This document shows, piece after piece, positions 23,501 through 38,500 of a stretch of DNA of 64,000 nt (within the stretch, counting starts at the first letter, position 1; each line of letters starts with the position of its first letter). The stretch spans positions 1 through 64,000 of the forward strand of contig JYFJ02001605.1 of the NCBI GenBank assembly GCA_000934665.2, in the 5' to 3' direction. Made by a program: the position numbers and the translations under genes. The DNA comes from Catajapyx aquilonaris. Lineage: Eukaryota. Under the pieces are notes generated by a model. It was not told the origin of the DNA and did not search any database. It saw only the letters and a program-made list of their open reading frames with translations.

Positions 23501-26500
23501 CCCACTTGGCTGTAGTCCCCATCCGGAAAGCAGGCTCATAAATTGGGGAGGGCAGGGAGGGAGACCCTCTCCTCCGGTTTGGGAATCCCGCACAGCCAAC
23601 ACGCTAAATCTGTCGTTGGCGACGACAAGAAGCTCGCAGCAGCCTAATACCCACGCCTATAACTCAAGAGTCTGCCCCTGGGCCTATTCGTACCCCCACC
23701 CACCCAAACTAACGGTCTTGTAACGGTCTTTTTTCGAATGCAAAAAAGTGGGCGAATTCAGAAAGGGGGCGAATTCATCATGGGTGTGAGAGTGTCCCCT
23801 ATGGCAACGTTTGCAACTTGTTTATGCCATCTATGTGTGAATAAGCCAGAAGAAAGGTTTAAGTCACAAAGAGTTGGAATGAAGTTCTTGCAGTGGCGTT
23901 TTGCTCCTGGCTTCACAAAACGCTTCTGAGAAAACAGAGTTAAAGTCAACAAAAGAGACCAGAAGGGCTTGGGACGGAGGGTAAACAAGCGGATGGATGG
24001 CCTGGGATCTTGGGGAGCCCTCAAGGAACACGCGGCGGCAAACGAAAATAAAAATTAAAGCTGGCTGTGCAGGTGGGCTTCTGGAGATAGGCGAACCAAC
24101 ATATCTTCGCGTATTGGCTCAGTCTCTAATTGGACAGAACCAGGAAAAAAAAGCACTCTTTCTGGTTTCATATCCGATTAAAAGTTTTAAGAATGTTGTG
24201 ACCAAGTAACGGCAAGATCCTCGTCAAATATTTAGTAGATATCACTTAAGTAGGAAAAACGCCATATCTACAATGCAAACATTGATTAAAGAGAGCAATT
24301 TTGCTCCCAGAAAGAAGTCTAAGTGTAGGACTTACCTGGCCGTGAATAAAAAGTGGAGCTTTGAAGAAAATGGGCAGCGACGTTCGTTCCTAGAAGGGAA
24401 TTATAGCTCTGTATAGTCCATGGCGTCAGCAGGAGGGCTTCGCGACTTACCTTCATGCATTTTTCATTCGTCAGCTCCAATAATTTTTGCTGCCATATTG
24501 CAATTCTTCGTGCCAACTCCCAACTTTTGCAGATATAAACGTGAAGATTATTTGGCCAGAAAAAAAAACCTTCCACTTTCCTAGAGTTCCCCCTCCATGT
24601 TGTTATAACCGGTCTGGGTTTGGCCAGATATAATTACAAGTCGTTTCCGATCCAAGCTGGCTATTGGTTGGATAAGTCTCTAACCCAATTTCAGCGGAGA
24701 AATGCTGTCAAAATAAACAAACAGCACACTTGATCTAGCTTGGGATGGGTGTGGGATGGTGTACAGTATTTGAGGGCGAAATGCATGTTCGGATGAGATC
24801 CTTGGGCCTTTTGTGTGGTGGGAAGATTTGGTGTGGCAAACGAGGCGGGTTGAGTGAGGTGGAGACAGCTCATGACGAGCCCTGGGTTTTTGTGGTCCAG
24901 ATGAGCTTGGTGCCGGATATATTTTCCGGGGAGGAGGTGAGCCCATTTAGGCCCGGCTTCAAAAAGCGGAGGAGATATTGCCTGTTTACACTGGGGCCCC
25001 CGTCGGAGCCGATGGCTAGCCAGGGAAGCCTGATGAAGAAAGGTTATGTGGCGCCTCAGACACTTCCCACCAACTACTTCTCAATGTCGCCTTCCATTAC
25101 AGGTTTAGGGGTGGGATCCGTTCAGGGTGGGGGGGATGCCATGGTTTTTCTTCTTCAATTTTGGCGAAATTAGTAGTTTTTTTTTCGGATTTTATGAGGG
25201 AGTGCAACTACGGATATGCTGGAAGGGTTATAGCTAGAGTGCGTGTGTTGTCGCTTCTTTTCAGAAATATCGAGAGTTTAGAGAACGCAATTTTCCAGAG
25301 AGTGCACTATGAATATAGTAGATTAAGGGTAAATAATGCTTGATTCATTGTGCATATCGATCGTGGTGTTTTCATTTCAGATAACTTCCGGCGATGATTA
25401 TCTCTCCATTACTTTTATTAATATAAGTTTCAAATTATACCGCACGACTATCCTAGAAGGATCTTTACTCCATTTGCAAATAAATCATACACGTCCTTTC
25501 TACGTAAGCTCTGATTTAACCAGCTGTACACTGTAGATATAATACGAGGTAGGCAGAGTAATAATAGAATAGAGCAGGAGTGACGTTGAATAGAAAGGTC
25601 AATATTACTTCTCATATTCAGTGCATAATTTGCACTACACTGGTGACAGGGTCAGCAGTGTTTGAAGCCTGATGCCTCCAGTGCTAGATTATGTACATAT
25701 CCTCCTGCCAAAAATGACCACGTAGCCATCAGCTAGTCCACATTCCCCAAGTTCTACATTCCTACTGCTAGAGTACTGCACTATTTAAAATATTCTAGAG
25801 CATGACATTTGCAGGCAGCAGTGCTGGCCCCAGTCCTTATAAATACTTGAGCAGCGTAATAAAGAGAATTATGAAGAAACGTGACAGATGAGGTGCAGCA
25901 GCAGTCACGACAAGTTAGCTGGTATCCCAGGCCAAAATCCGTCCCACAGGTCTCCGAGAAAAGCCGCCCTAGCCATGCGACACTTGAACCAATTACTCAC
26001 ATGTCAACTGTCATAATTTGTGCAAGACCTACCCGCCAGGCAACGTAGTACATGTCGAGACCAGGACAGCACACACACACTGGCACGCATACTTGAGGAG
26101 GACCTCCAGTCAAGTGTCATCTACCTTTCTGGATACATAAGAGAGGGAGGGGGGTCCTGAAAATTAATAACAATAATCAAAGTGTCGGCACTGCATTATT
26201 GATACTCTGACCGGATGTGGATCCCCGTTGATTAATGATCGGCGCCTATCACGTGTCGAAGAGGGTGACACGTACGGCGCCAGGGTACAACAGCGACCAC
26301 GCAACGCTCATTTATTATCATTATTCCAGCCAACACATGCGTGCCGGTATACCTGAAGTGGTGTCCCCCAAGAGACAGAAGGGGGGGGGGGGTATATATA
26401 AGGGGACTCGCACTTATATTCAAGAGCCTGTTACATGGGGGCTCGATATATTTAAGTGACCACCGGCGCCGTCCTGATTGGCTGGACGCCTTGGTTTCCG

Positions 26501-29500
26501 GCAGATATTGACATTCTTGCCGTTACATTTGTTCGAGTCAGAGCAAATCGTACATTAGTGCACCCCAGAGCTGCTTTGAGACTTGGGCCTCGCCAGGATT
26601 TCGGATGGAAGGACATCGTGATAAGGAATGCCTAGATTAAAAATTATCGGGTCGTGGCTATCTCTCATGTCATTTCTTTACATGCGTCTGGATGTGACTT
26701 CTCATTACTAGATGGCTGCAGATAAATCGTTGATTAGCCACTAGCTGGGGGAAAGTATAGGGGTGGCACTCGGTGAGAAGAGCTACAGGGGGTCCAAATC
26801 CTTCGTCACCACTCAAGTGCGGTGGTTTACTATAGTCATTCAGAATGGTACCAGGTACATTAATCATGCTGGAAGTCATTCAAGAGCTATGCACGGCCAT
26901 TAATTTTACCTAATTTTCATCATTGCAGCCCTGCAGTACTGTACTTACTGTATGTAAAAAAAGTGAGAAATACTCCAGAAATAATTTTTTACCATATACA
27001 CTCTGCTGTAGGCTATATATAAATGACCCAATTTAATTCCGCTTATAGGAATGTGTGATATTTGAAATAGTGTTGAGGCCTTTATTAATTAGTTTTCTTT
27101 CCCATATTATGCCTCTTTTTACGGATATAAAGTGCTATACATATGCATAAAGCAATCACGGTTATCGTACATGGTAGCAGGAGAATTTCTGAGAAGTTTT
27201 TGCCTTCCAGGCATGAAACACGGATTTGCTGACATTATTTTAATACTGCGTGACACTACATGTACGTAACACTGACAACTAGATTCATACCTAGAACAGG
27301 AAAAACCCTCCCAATCCCTTACTGTGTGTGTCCCAACCGCAATTTTTGGATCATGCAAGTATTAACAGAACACAAAAAATAAAGCAATCACTTCCGCATG
27401 ACGACGACTATACAAAAAAAAGCAGTACAGTAGCAACCGAGCAAACTCAATCGTTCCCTACAAAAAAAAAGCCTCAGCTCACATTTGATTCCCACCAACT
27501 CATAATACGTGGTCTGCAGTGCAAACCCAAGCACCGAGGCTCCTCTCTGGTGGCCCAGCCGCGAACATATCCCGAGTGGGAAGAAAACAAAGAGGGGACT
27601 AGGACTTAGCGTCCCCCGTTTAAATCCCTAGCCTGTGACATCATTCGGAACGGGAGTAAATTCATTGGACAGCAAACTTGGTAATAAGCTCTTTTGCGGG
27701 GCCTCGTCAAGTTTAATTAAAGCCCGCTAGGATTTCACTTCCGGAGTTTTATTTGTTTCTGCCTCATCTCATTCTTCGCTATGGCGCGGCACTACGTTTT
27801 TTCCCTTCCCTAAAATTTTATCCCCGGAAACATATATATAATTTTAAAACCCTCCCAGGGACCGTGTCCTCTCCTCGGGTTTTTCTTTTCAAGTGTAATA
27901 TTTACGGGTTGGAGATATAAGCCGGAATTTCCGCTCGGATTGTCTGGACTGCCAGGCAGCCCCCTTTGCTAATATAAGGATAATGTATGAGTGAGCACGT
28001 GAGTATGTGCCTCGTAGCAGCAGCAAATTTCTTTGCTAATTTTTAGCCGAACTTTATTCTGGCGCACTCGTTAATTACAGGGCGTTAATCTCTCTGGGAA
28101 TGCCTTCCGACCTGGTTGTTGTAAATGCCCCCCGCATGGCGCCAACTTACCAAATAACTTCCTGCGGAGACTGACTGCCTCACGCCTATATATTCTCCTG
28201 GTGTTGGAACCCCGGACCGGATTAATTACTCATTCATGTTTACCCCCTATATGAATGTGAATGGTTCAGGAATTGGGGTCAGGGTAGTCTAGATTTAAAA
28301 AAAATTAATTACGAAAAAATGTTATTATTTTCATATTTGCCCATGTGTACCTGTGGCCTGTGGGTGCCACTTTTTGTTTCCTGCCACGAATCTCTATAAA
28401 ATTATAATGTTCATTAACAATTTTTTGTAGCAATGTTGCGGAATAATCGCACGCTGCATATGAAGTTTTAGAAATTTTTAATAACTGGGTCTATGTACAT
28501 TGTATAATAAATGCTTTAGATCGTATAGGCCTGTTTGCACCTTCAATGTTAGTACACTCAAGGCACTTATCGGATAATTGACCTGATCCCAAGACGATCT
28601 TTGCCTATAGGCCTGTTGGTGACAAAGGCAGTACGATTGAGGTAGTATGATGATGAGATAGCAGGAAGCTGAGCAGAGGTGTTTGCATCAAGAGAAAGAG
28701 GTGTGGCCAAGGGGGTGCTGCTAGGGGTCCATTTGATGCTGGGAAAAAGAGAGGGAAGAAGAGGGCGGTGATGAGGCTTAGTCCAGCTGGGATTAGAGCC
28801 GGTGGGGAATAGATCCTTTAGGCCACCCATCCGTGCTCCGTGCGGGCTTTGCATAATTTCAATCCCATATCCCCCTCTTGCCTCACCTCACCTGCCTCCT
28901 CACCTCACTGCCTGCTACGTCATTTCACGGCTTAGTCTTGCGGGCGTGGGGAGGGAGGTTGGGGGGGTTGCTCACTTAGCACAGGTTAATGGGCGAGACT
29001 TAAAGTGCGGTGGAAAATTGGTTTACTACACGCCGGATTAGTCCAGGTGGATTGGGATGGGGCTGGTCTGTGTTCTGGCAATAGTCAAGGGTCTGACCTA
29101 GTGGAAGAATGTTTCTCTGTGGTAGGGTAGGGATTGGTGAAATTTATGATTAAAATTTTTTTGGTTTAATTTTATTCAGTAGTTGAATACTAGACCGTGT
29201 TTCAATGATTGTAATCAGCATAGTGTGGAGTGGGTTGCAAGCAAACGTCACCTGAAATTGCGTCGGACGGTGCGACACGAGCCTTGCTGCTAGCAGGCTT
29301 CCGTGACTTAATGGGCAATGTCAGAGGCCTCCTAAATAATTCCGAGCCGTTGGCAATACGAGCATCTTGATGGTTGTTACGGAACTCGGACAATTCCAGA
29401 GGGACATTTCAGTTCGGAAGTCCCTCACTCCACCCCTTCTCTATACTTACACCCATCACCCATAGTGACAATCATTTATTTATTCACCAACATGCATGGT

Positions 29501-32500
29501 TTTAGGTTCATCGGCAACTGGTCGGCAACTTATAGACAAAGCCATATGCCAAGGATCAATATGAAGGAACGAATCTGCTACTTATATTACAGATTAGTCG
29601 GACTGCACACATGTGTGTGTCCTTTTGTAACTGGAATCCGGCATCAATCATCGAGAGTCATGCGTCTTTTGATGCCGATCAGTCCCTAGCCAGGTCGTTG
29701 CGGAGCTAGAGTCAATCGGAATCAAAACCTGTTCATTCCATCTCATCTCTTTCGCAGGCAGGATCCAGAGAGGAGATTGCTTTTTGCTAATCATCAGCAC
29801 TTTTCAAATCAAAACGTCTTTTTATCCCTTTTTCGCCATTGTAACCCTTCAGGATATTCTCAGCACATTTTTGCAAAATTCGCAAGGTACCGGTATAACA
29901 TTAAATATGTTGCTGCTTTTCATTCTCTACATTGCATGTATGTATAGATGCTAAGAACTGCAGGCTTGTATAGTACTACATATATAGCAGCAGACTGTTA
30001 TGCAGCAGATTTCCCTCAGCCAGTTTACGAACTTGAATTACTTGCACGTGTGACTTTTGACTATGTTGTTTTATTCCGAGTACTGTGCAGGTTCCTTCAG
30101 GCGTTTCTAGTAGACAAATAGCAGTGAAGCATAAATGAAACAACCACACAAGAAGTTCCTGTGCTTGACCCGAGGCAAATCTTGTTAGGCGCTTTTAGTT
30201 GGGATAACATCGTCAAAATGGCAGCTGCTTTATGTGGCATTTACAGTCGAGTAGAGCAAGAGGAAGAGGTAGTAACACGACTGGATGGAGGGGATAACAG
30301 TGCTGTTTTATGCTTCAGTCAATTTTATTCCATCAGTGTCGTGCATCACTGGGGCCACAATATGTGCAGGCAGTCGATGACATGGCCGATCTATAAAGGC
30401 GGGGCAAATGTCAGATAAGCTGAGGCTGAACTATTCATCACGTGCTTATATAGTTCCGTCATTTTCTTAGGTCTTCTTCACTGGCACAATATCATCTGTC
30501 ACGTAGTCTACTATTCAGTTATTTTTTTAATGCGCATGTTCTCTCATGTGGTAAGACCAGAGTTTGCATCTACGAGGCATCATCTCGTATCATCATGTAT
30601 GAGAGAGCATGTCCACATTACGACTACTTTTTTCACGGTCTAGCACCTACCTGACCTAGAAGAAGCCAAAGCACTGAAGCCAGAGTTACCAATCTCTGAT
30701 TGTGGTAGGTCATAGCTGGGAGACTCAGGAGGTCAGGGGGGATGGTCCGTCGAATCCAATTTTAAATCACTTTCATACCCATTCTTTCGGGATTAGTCTG
30801 TTCCGTTACCTGGCAACGGATGGAAGGAGGAGAGGTGAATAAGGAGCGGAGAGGAAGGCTGGGAAGGAGCAAGTCTAGATGCTTTTCTTGTTTCTGTCAG
30901 TGTGCCTGAGAAGTAGTGAAAATTCAGTTACCCTGATCAACATTAAATGGGGTATGCCCACACTTCTGCTTCATCCACTGTCAGCAGAAAGAACCCAGTA
31001 AACCGTAGATTAATAGGGATGAGAACGTGGTTTATGGTTCTTCTGGGTGGCACCGAATGGTTGATAAATTAATGATTGTCTAGAAAAGGACATGGCTGCT
31101 AAAATTACTTGCGTCATACCCTGCCTTGACACTGTGGGTTCATCACTCTGTTCACAAAAAAAGCTGTCAGTTTTAAGAAAATGTACGAAATGTCCCCTGA
31201 ATTGTTCAGCATTCCACTATTTGCACTAATTCTGGAAATGCCAACCGATTCACAAAAAGCAGCAAAATTAAATGAACCGTGTTGGGTCACAAGCGCAAGT
31301 AGACCTTAATGCCATACCTTTCTTCCCACGTTAGCATTGTTATATGTTCCTGTCATTTAAATTATTCACAGCATCAGTGAATCGAACAAAAGACGTCAAT
31401 CGCAAGCCCAAGAAACCTCACAAGAAACTCCACGTGCTAAATGCATGTAGGAAACTACATCAAGTGTGACTTGAGGCAGAAACGCACCCAGACGCACCGT
31501 AGTACAATAATGAAATTAGTTGTTGCGGTTATAGTTAAAATGTAACTGTCGCAACTGTCTGCGGGGGTGTGATGCAATTAAGAGCAACGGGGGGAAATCG
31601 TAAAGTGTACTTGTACTGATGAAGATTGAAAGGCGAGGTGAAGGGAGACGGTATTGTCACGTCTGAATGCTCCATTAGTGCTGAGAAAATCCATGGGAAT
31701 GTGGTTGTGGCGATCAACAACCTTTGCTTTGCTGCGAAACGGAGAAAATTTTCTCACTCCTTATATACAGTTGAAGCGACACAATCGCAACTTGGGTCTG
31801 TAGAGAATGAATCTATACGCAGTGGTGGTGGAGGAGAGGGTAGCACATTTGCTGAGGGGGGACTATAGAATGGTTGGAAGAGGAGAAGGAGGAGGGAAAG
31901 GGTTCGGAATAAATTATGGAATTTCGATAAGTCGAAGCGAGGCAGCCAGAATAAAGGGACGTGATTGTGAGGTCTTTGTAAGGAAAAAGGAAAGGTTTGA
32001 ATGAAGGTTGATTAGGTGTGGAATTTCCTGCTTCCTCTCCTTTTTGGTAAAACGTACCCCTGTTCCGCTTCATTGGGCAGGACACACACGATGCATACAT
32101 ATAGTTACTCACATGCGCTTGTCAATTCGATAGTCCTCCCCCCACATAGCCCCAATGACTGTTTATCACGTGTTGCGCAGGTATTAAGATAGGACGGAAC
32201 ATGAAGGCTCGTAACGATATGTGGCGCAATTTATGATCGCTAGCACTCAGCCCTTGCTAACTACATGTCGCATTGGATTGCTGCGATGCTCCCTAATGCA
32301 TGTGGGCTACGTGCGTTCATGTGACCCTTCGGTCTCTCCAAAAAGCGCCATTCCCTTTTCCCCCCGCACCCCTGCCCAAATGTCACCCGAGTACAATTCA
32401 TCAGTTTTTTAATAGGTCTAAACGACGTGATCGACAATTCGATTTGCTTTTAAATGGCACGAAGGTCGCGTGCCGCCCTGTAATATGAATGAATGCGTAT

Positions 32501-35500
32501 GAATGCATGGACAATATTGCAGTGTGTACCAAAGTGCTGAGAGTACAATCCAGAGGCAATGAAGCACATTTTTTTCTACCTCTCTATTGAGTCATGGTTC
32601 GCGAACTGTGACTACAGTCCAGCATTGATCCACCTGGAAAAATTAGTTTGCGGTGGGATGGACATATACAGTACCAACAGTAATTAGCCTATTTTATTAA
32701 TTATGACGATTTTTAAATCCCGATGCAGTCGGACGTATTGTGGCGGTGCATGATTCTGGAAACCATTGCGGACCATGTTAAGCGTACAGATCTCTCGGAT
32801 TTCACGTATTTGCTGTTGTGTTAAAATGGCGTTGCAAATGACTTAAATGGAAAGCTGTGCATGACCTTATGAAGCCACACGTAGGCGTTGAAACTGATTT
32901 GTAACCTTGGCATAAAAGAATTGCGATCGTGAGAAATTGTATAATGAGAAGCTCTAGAATACCTTAAGAATATTAAATCAGAAATTGTTGTGCAAGTTCT
33001 ACCTACACACAGGATTTATTCAGCAGAAAATATTTGAGATTATTATTAGTAAGCATTTGAAAATCTATGCGTAGGACTGGTAGGAGCAAGGGTAGGAGTA
33101 ATAAAAAGCTTACGACCACTATTATCCATCTATCTTGGAAATTGAAAGCTCTCAGTACTGTATGCCTGCCATGTTACAGTAACTTCAGCTGTTCGTTCGG
33201 AACAGTGGGATAAGCCTTCCTTAGAAAAGATTTATTATTCTTTTTTTTTGCAAAATCTTCTTAATCCCTTCTATTGTCTGCGAAGAAACTGCATGAGGCA
33301 CGCTACCAGTTGCTCATCATGTGCCTAGTTACTTATGATCATATTATGGGAGGATAATTAAAGCGCTTTTTAGGCTAAACTGTAATAATTCTTCGGCGTT
33401 ATCAACTTACGCTGTACAGTTGATCTCAGTTTTGTGCTGTCAGCAGCATCATGCTTTCAACATGATCATTCGATTGCACTGTGACTGTTCGATGGCCTTG
33501 AGGGTATCCTGGAATCATAGCAACCCGTGGAGTTGCCATGCTGTTCATATTGCTCGGTTTCAAGGTGCCATCGCCACCTTACTCGAGCAGTAACCCCAGT
33601 AATTCACCAAGTATTGTACTTACATCATGGTGGGAAAATATGTAGCCTTTCAGCATCCAGATTAATATTTAAAAATAATAATTCACTATTTAAGTACAAA
33701 ATTTACATTACGATTAACAACCTTTTCTCAACGAACTTGTCCAACTCTTCCACAAACTCTGCAGATCTGTCAGGTTTGCCCGAGTTTCCTCTGGTGAGTG
33801 CTAGATGGTTCATAGCAGTTTGCGTTGTCACTAAGCTGTTGTTGAGTGGTTCATGCGTACCAGATGTTAAGCCTGCTTATTACGCTTCCATTTCGTCGCA
33901 CACTGACTACGTAATTTCTCTCAATGTAGTAATTACTTACAAATTCCGCCTCAACAGTTTATGCCAACTGCAGACTGATGACACTGCATATACACGACTG
34001 AGAATTGATGTTTCGTACACTGCATTCAGTGCGTTTATAAGGGATAACGGCAGGGTCGAAAATTATTATTAGTGTGAAACGAGCCTGCAATAAAAATGTA
34101 AGCATAGCATCGAGTTGTGTATCGCAGTTTGTGACCTATATATCAAACCTTACCCGATGCCATTTAGACCTTGTATAGTGAAGCGATTGTGAAAAATGCG
34201 GACCAGAGTGATAGCTTGACATTCTGAACGGTTGCTATCACAAGGCTATCAAAATCAATGGGCCAGAGAGTGTGTGGGAGGAACACAACTCATATGGGAC
34301 GTCTGCCACAATGCCAAAACAGGAGCATGTATACATGCATGTGTCAAATTGTTATTGGATCCATTTGCATTTTTGTCTAGGGAAAGAGAATGCAGTACAT
34401 CCATGCCACCGGACTGCTGCACTGCTGCCCAGAGTTATAGAGTGAAACAATGCGTGGCTATGGTTATTCAGAACATCAAGTCAAAACACCATCATGATGC
34501 ATTGATAGCATCATACCTCAGGAAAAAAAGCAGGTTAGCTGAGGGTATGTGCCCCATTGCTTATTCATGAACAAGGAAAGGCCAGTCTGAGGTGCGGGAG
34601 TGCAAACCGCCATGGGCCCTTGCCCCCACCGTGCGCTTCCTTATCGTCACGCCACCCTGCTCCCTTAGTAACATTACAAACTATACATTTGCTTTCACGT
34701 TATACCGTATCAGCAGGTAATAATTAAGTAATGAATTGCGTTGGACTTCCTACATAATTCAGGTGGCTACGAGCATGGGCCTAAAAGAGCGTGAAACTAT
34801 TAAGATATTATAATGTACCAGGTGACTGCGCAGATCCTGCTCGATATTCCGACCCCATCACTGTTGCGAGTAAGTGTCACATATCCGGTTCTCCCCTTCC
34901 CATATTTTTTTGGGGTCATCCAGTCCGTGTCAGGAAAAGAAAAGCGACAAGTTGACAGGTGGTCCGTTTCCCTAGCTTCCACTGGCAAGTCATTTTCCAT
35001 GACGCCTTCCATGTTTTTTCCCAGGGAAAAAAAGAAGGGGGGGGGGCAATCTTATTTGCTTCCCTCGTGCGGATAACCTGTAATTCTTTCCCCCCTTGGT
35101 TTCCTACCAGTTGCAAATTAAACAACATTGATTTCTTGTTGTTGCACGACATTCATGCCCTGCCACCCCGGACGATATGGGGACGCGTGTGTGTACGTAG
35201 CTATAGAAGCCCTGGCCCAAACTTCCCTCACGGTCACTGGGGTGATAGTCGCACACACATTTGCCTCATTTATTTGGCGGTAACGCCGTTTAGTCACACA
35301 ATTTCACAGGTGGGGGACGTCACGATGGGGGCTGATTATTTTTTATTTTTTTTAGGCGAAGGGTGGGTGGGTGGTATATATGGCGGTGGGCTTGCAGCCA
35401 AAGCGGACATGGTTATAAAACAAGTGCAACGCGGCGGGACGATATTTATGATCTGCGAATTGATAGGTACGGGCGCAGATAAAAAGGCAGGAATCAGCTC

Positions 35501-38500
35501 TGGTCGTTGTGGCCGATAAATCAGAGGTGATAAACGGGGTAGTGCGTCTCCATGACAAGCCGGGGGGACGCCACACACATACTCACACATGCTGGGATGC
35601 AGGTGGAACCGAATTATGGGGCACAAATAGCGGTGGGGAATATAACGGAGGAAGCTGCTCTTCGACAACACTATTGCGGATTCTCATTATCCAAGCGTAT
35701 CTCTTCATCGCTTGTCACTCATTCCGCTTATCAAAATGTGTTGGACAGTGTGTACGCGTGCATTGCATTAGCCAGGCATTGAAATAGGGGACTGCCACAG
35801 CGTGTATTGTAGCAATGCAATTGCTTATTTTTTGAGCCTATATCAAAGGGAAACGCGAGGCTCGGGTGGTCAATTAATATGTTCATTAATTTACTGACAT
35901 CCAGTAATGACAGAATTTTGAGCCAGTGCCCCGCAGGCAGTGCGGTCGTGCAAAAATAGCAGCAGAATTTTATAAGGTCCGGAGTATAAAATAATTACGG
36001 CGTTCATCAAACTAGTGTGCTGACGTTCCAATCGCAACAACATGGCCCCTGTAACAGTGTCAACGAAGCGAGAACACTAGCTATTCATCTCCTCTTGTAA
36101 TTTTTCGGCACAATAATCACACGCTCACTTGTTACCGATTTGTTGCACACAGCGTAAAAATGAGGAATTTTGGAAACTTCCACCACATTGTTCCTGTCAC
36201 CAGCCTCTGATGTTAAAAATAAAGTAGACGTATTCCACATGCAAATAATCAAGAGATAGTACCACAGCAGGACAGGAATGCATTATGTGCTGGAGAGATG
36301 GTGAAATTCCCTACCTTTCAATTTCCTGTTCCAAGCAACCGTATGATGTAGCCGGTGCCATATGTGTACGAAGCTGGAGAGATCAAAGTGATGGCCTGGA
36401 GACCTCCTGGCTGTGCAATCTGCCAGTCCAAGCTGCTCCTGAGGCTGCTGGACACAGGTTCGGTGAGGCCTGCATTTTCTTTTCCTCTATCTTCCCATTG
36501 GAAACCGGTAATGAGCTCTGTGTCCACTCGGTGTTATTCTCCTGCAGTCATTCCGCCAGATGACTTTGGGCCGATTATATATAAGTTGATATGAACCGCT
36601 GAAAGGGGTAGTAGGCTGGAAGTTGACGGATCCAATATAAAAAAAATTGTCGAAAAGTGGAAAGAAGGAGGGGAAATGGATCGGTTTAGAACCCCGAAGG
36701 AAGGTAGTTCATTTTCTTTTGCACGCCTTGGGGCAATTCTTCCATTCTGTAATTTCCTTGCCTTTGTTTACCTCCCGTACTTTAAGTCCATTAGGTAATG
36801 ACTTTTGGGCCGTCAGGATGATTTTGGGAGAGTTTGAACCAAGTTTGGTGGAGGCCCCCTGTGCAATCCCCACGAGGGTCTGTTCCTTTACAAAAACAGA
36901 GGTCAAAGCCATCTCAGTGTTCTTAATCCCGCCGCACTTCTCCCGACAAAATGAAACGCCTGCTGAGAACCGAATCAAACTCAGCTGGGAGTCCTCTCTT
37001 TCCATAAATGTCCTCTTTCTTCTTCTTCTTTTTCTCATGCTTTCAGGACCAGCAGCCCCAGACGACGAAGAGAAGGGAGGGGGGGGGAGGAGGAGGGAAA
37101 CTCCGCCCAAAATGCATTCAGATTGCCAAGATGAAAGTGACGAGTTTCAACTCGAACAAAGAGACCGATATTTTATTGAACTTTTACCTACTTTTGGGAA
37201 GAAAACGCGGGGTTCGTAACTGGTTTTTTTCACTTATCAAATCAAGTTGGATAAGACCAAAATTTGCCAATAATGGTTGTAGAAATTGGGTTTTTTTGAG
37301 ATGGAAATATGGCGTCAGAATTTATTACCGGTTTTTAAAAATTCACAATGGGAGTAATAACTACAGTACAAAGGGTTCTGCCCTCGAGTGATTATATTTT
37401 TCTCTATTTACTTCCACTCTTTTGCCAACTACCCTCCCCTTTTCCCTTGTCCTCCTTGGTAACCGCTTTATGGAGCCCAATTGGCCACACGCACACTGCA
37501 TTAACATCCAACGCCAGCCAGAATTTATGACTCATATTTGCAAAAGTCGCATTTCGATGATCTTCTAAGAAGCTAATTTCATCTCAATTCCGCTGAATAT
37601 TGGAGCAGGATGGGTGGGAAAATAACATTGGAGTATATCTCGCCGGAATTAGACGAGTTTGAAAATATTTTGGTGCCAAAATTTGAGTGTGAAAAGATGT
37701 AATCGCGTGGCTCAAAGGTGGCGTGTTTTACGCACCTATTATGTGCCATGTATACGATAAGAGGGTACGTATCGGGGTCGTAAGGTTAGCATAGCACTAT
37801 TAAAATGATTTTTCCATATTCTGATTTATGTAGGAAGTTATACGTAATTTTTTTTAGTAACAATGGGGGCAATTTTCTGACTCAAGAGCAGGGGTCTTCT
37901 GAAGTTGACACTCTCCCGCTGGTTACTGTTAAGACGTTAAGTGTCATTTCAGTTAGCTGAGCATCCCTGCCGTTTCAAAGTTGAAGAAAAGTCAGTGAAA
38001 AGCAAAGGGTAAAAAAATAAGTCCCAGGCAGCAGCGACAAGAATACTAGTTGTATCTGCCGACTGAGGACAATAAGAGAGGAGGACATTCCTTGGGACAG
38101 TAGTTCTCAAGGCTTGCAGTGCACCCCAGGGAATCGTTTATCGGTGGATTTGATCGTCTAGGCAGCTTGGTTTGTGTTGGCGAAGAATCCCTTGCCGACC
38201 AGCCAGGTAGCCAGGACACACAATTTCGCTTTTCTACTCTTTGCTTTTTTTTCTCTCTTTTTTGTTTGTTTCCTTGCCCCTCCTTCACTTCTTGGTAGTA
38301 GTACCTTATCCCCCCTCCATATCCACCTGGGCCGTCTTGATACTGCAATGCAGGTATCGTTTAATGCCGCCGGAGAGACGGCCGAGGGCGGGGATGGAAT
38401 TAAAACCTAATGGACTCTACGGATTGGGACTCTCCCCGACCCTTCTATGGATTTCTCTCCGCCAGCCAAGGGAATCGGGCATTATACCTCGATGTAGCAA

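Noticed and set aside
28639..28660. TGAGGTAGTA resembling the let-7 5' end
   Set aside because: Only 10 nt match and no precursor hairpin is evident.
33527..37391. Long ORFs at 33527-34072, 34959-35519 and 36647-37219
   Set aside because: No recognisable domains, low-complexity composition and no coherent splice structure.
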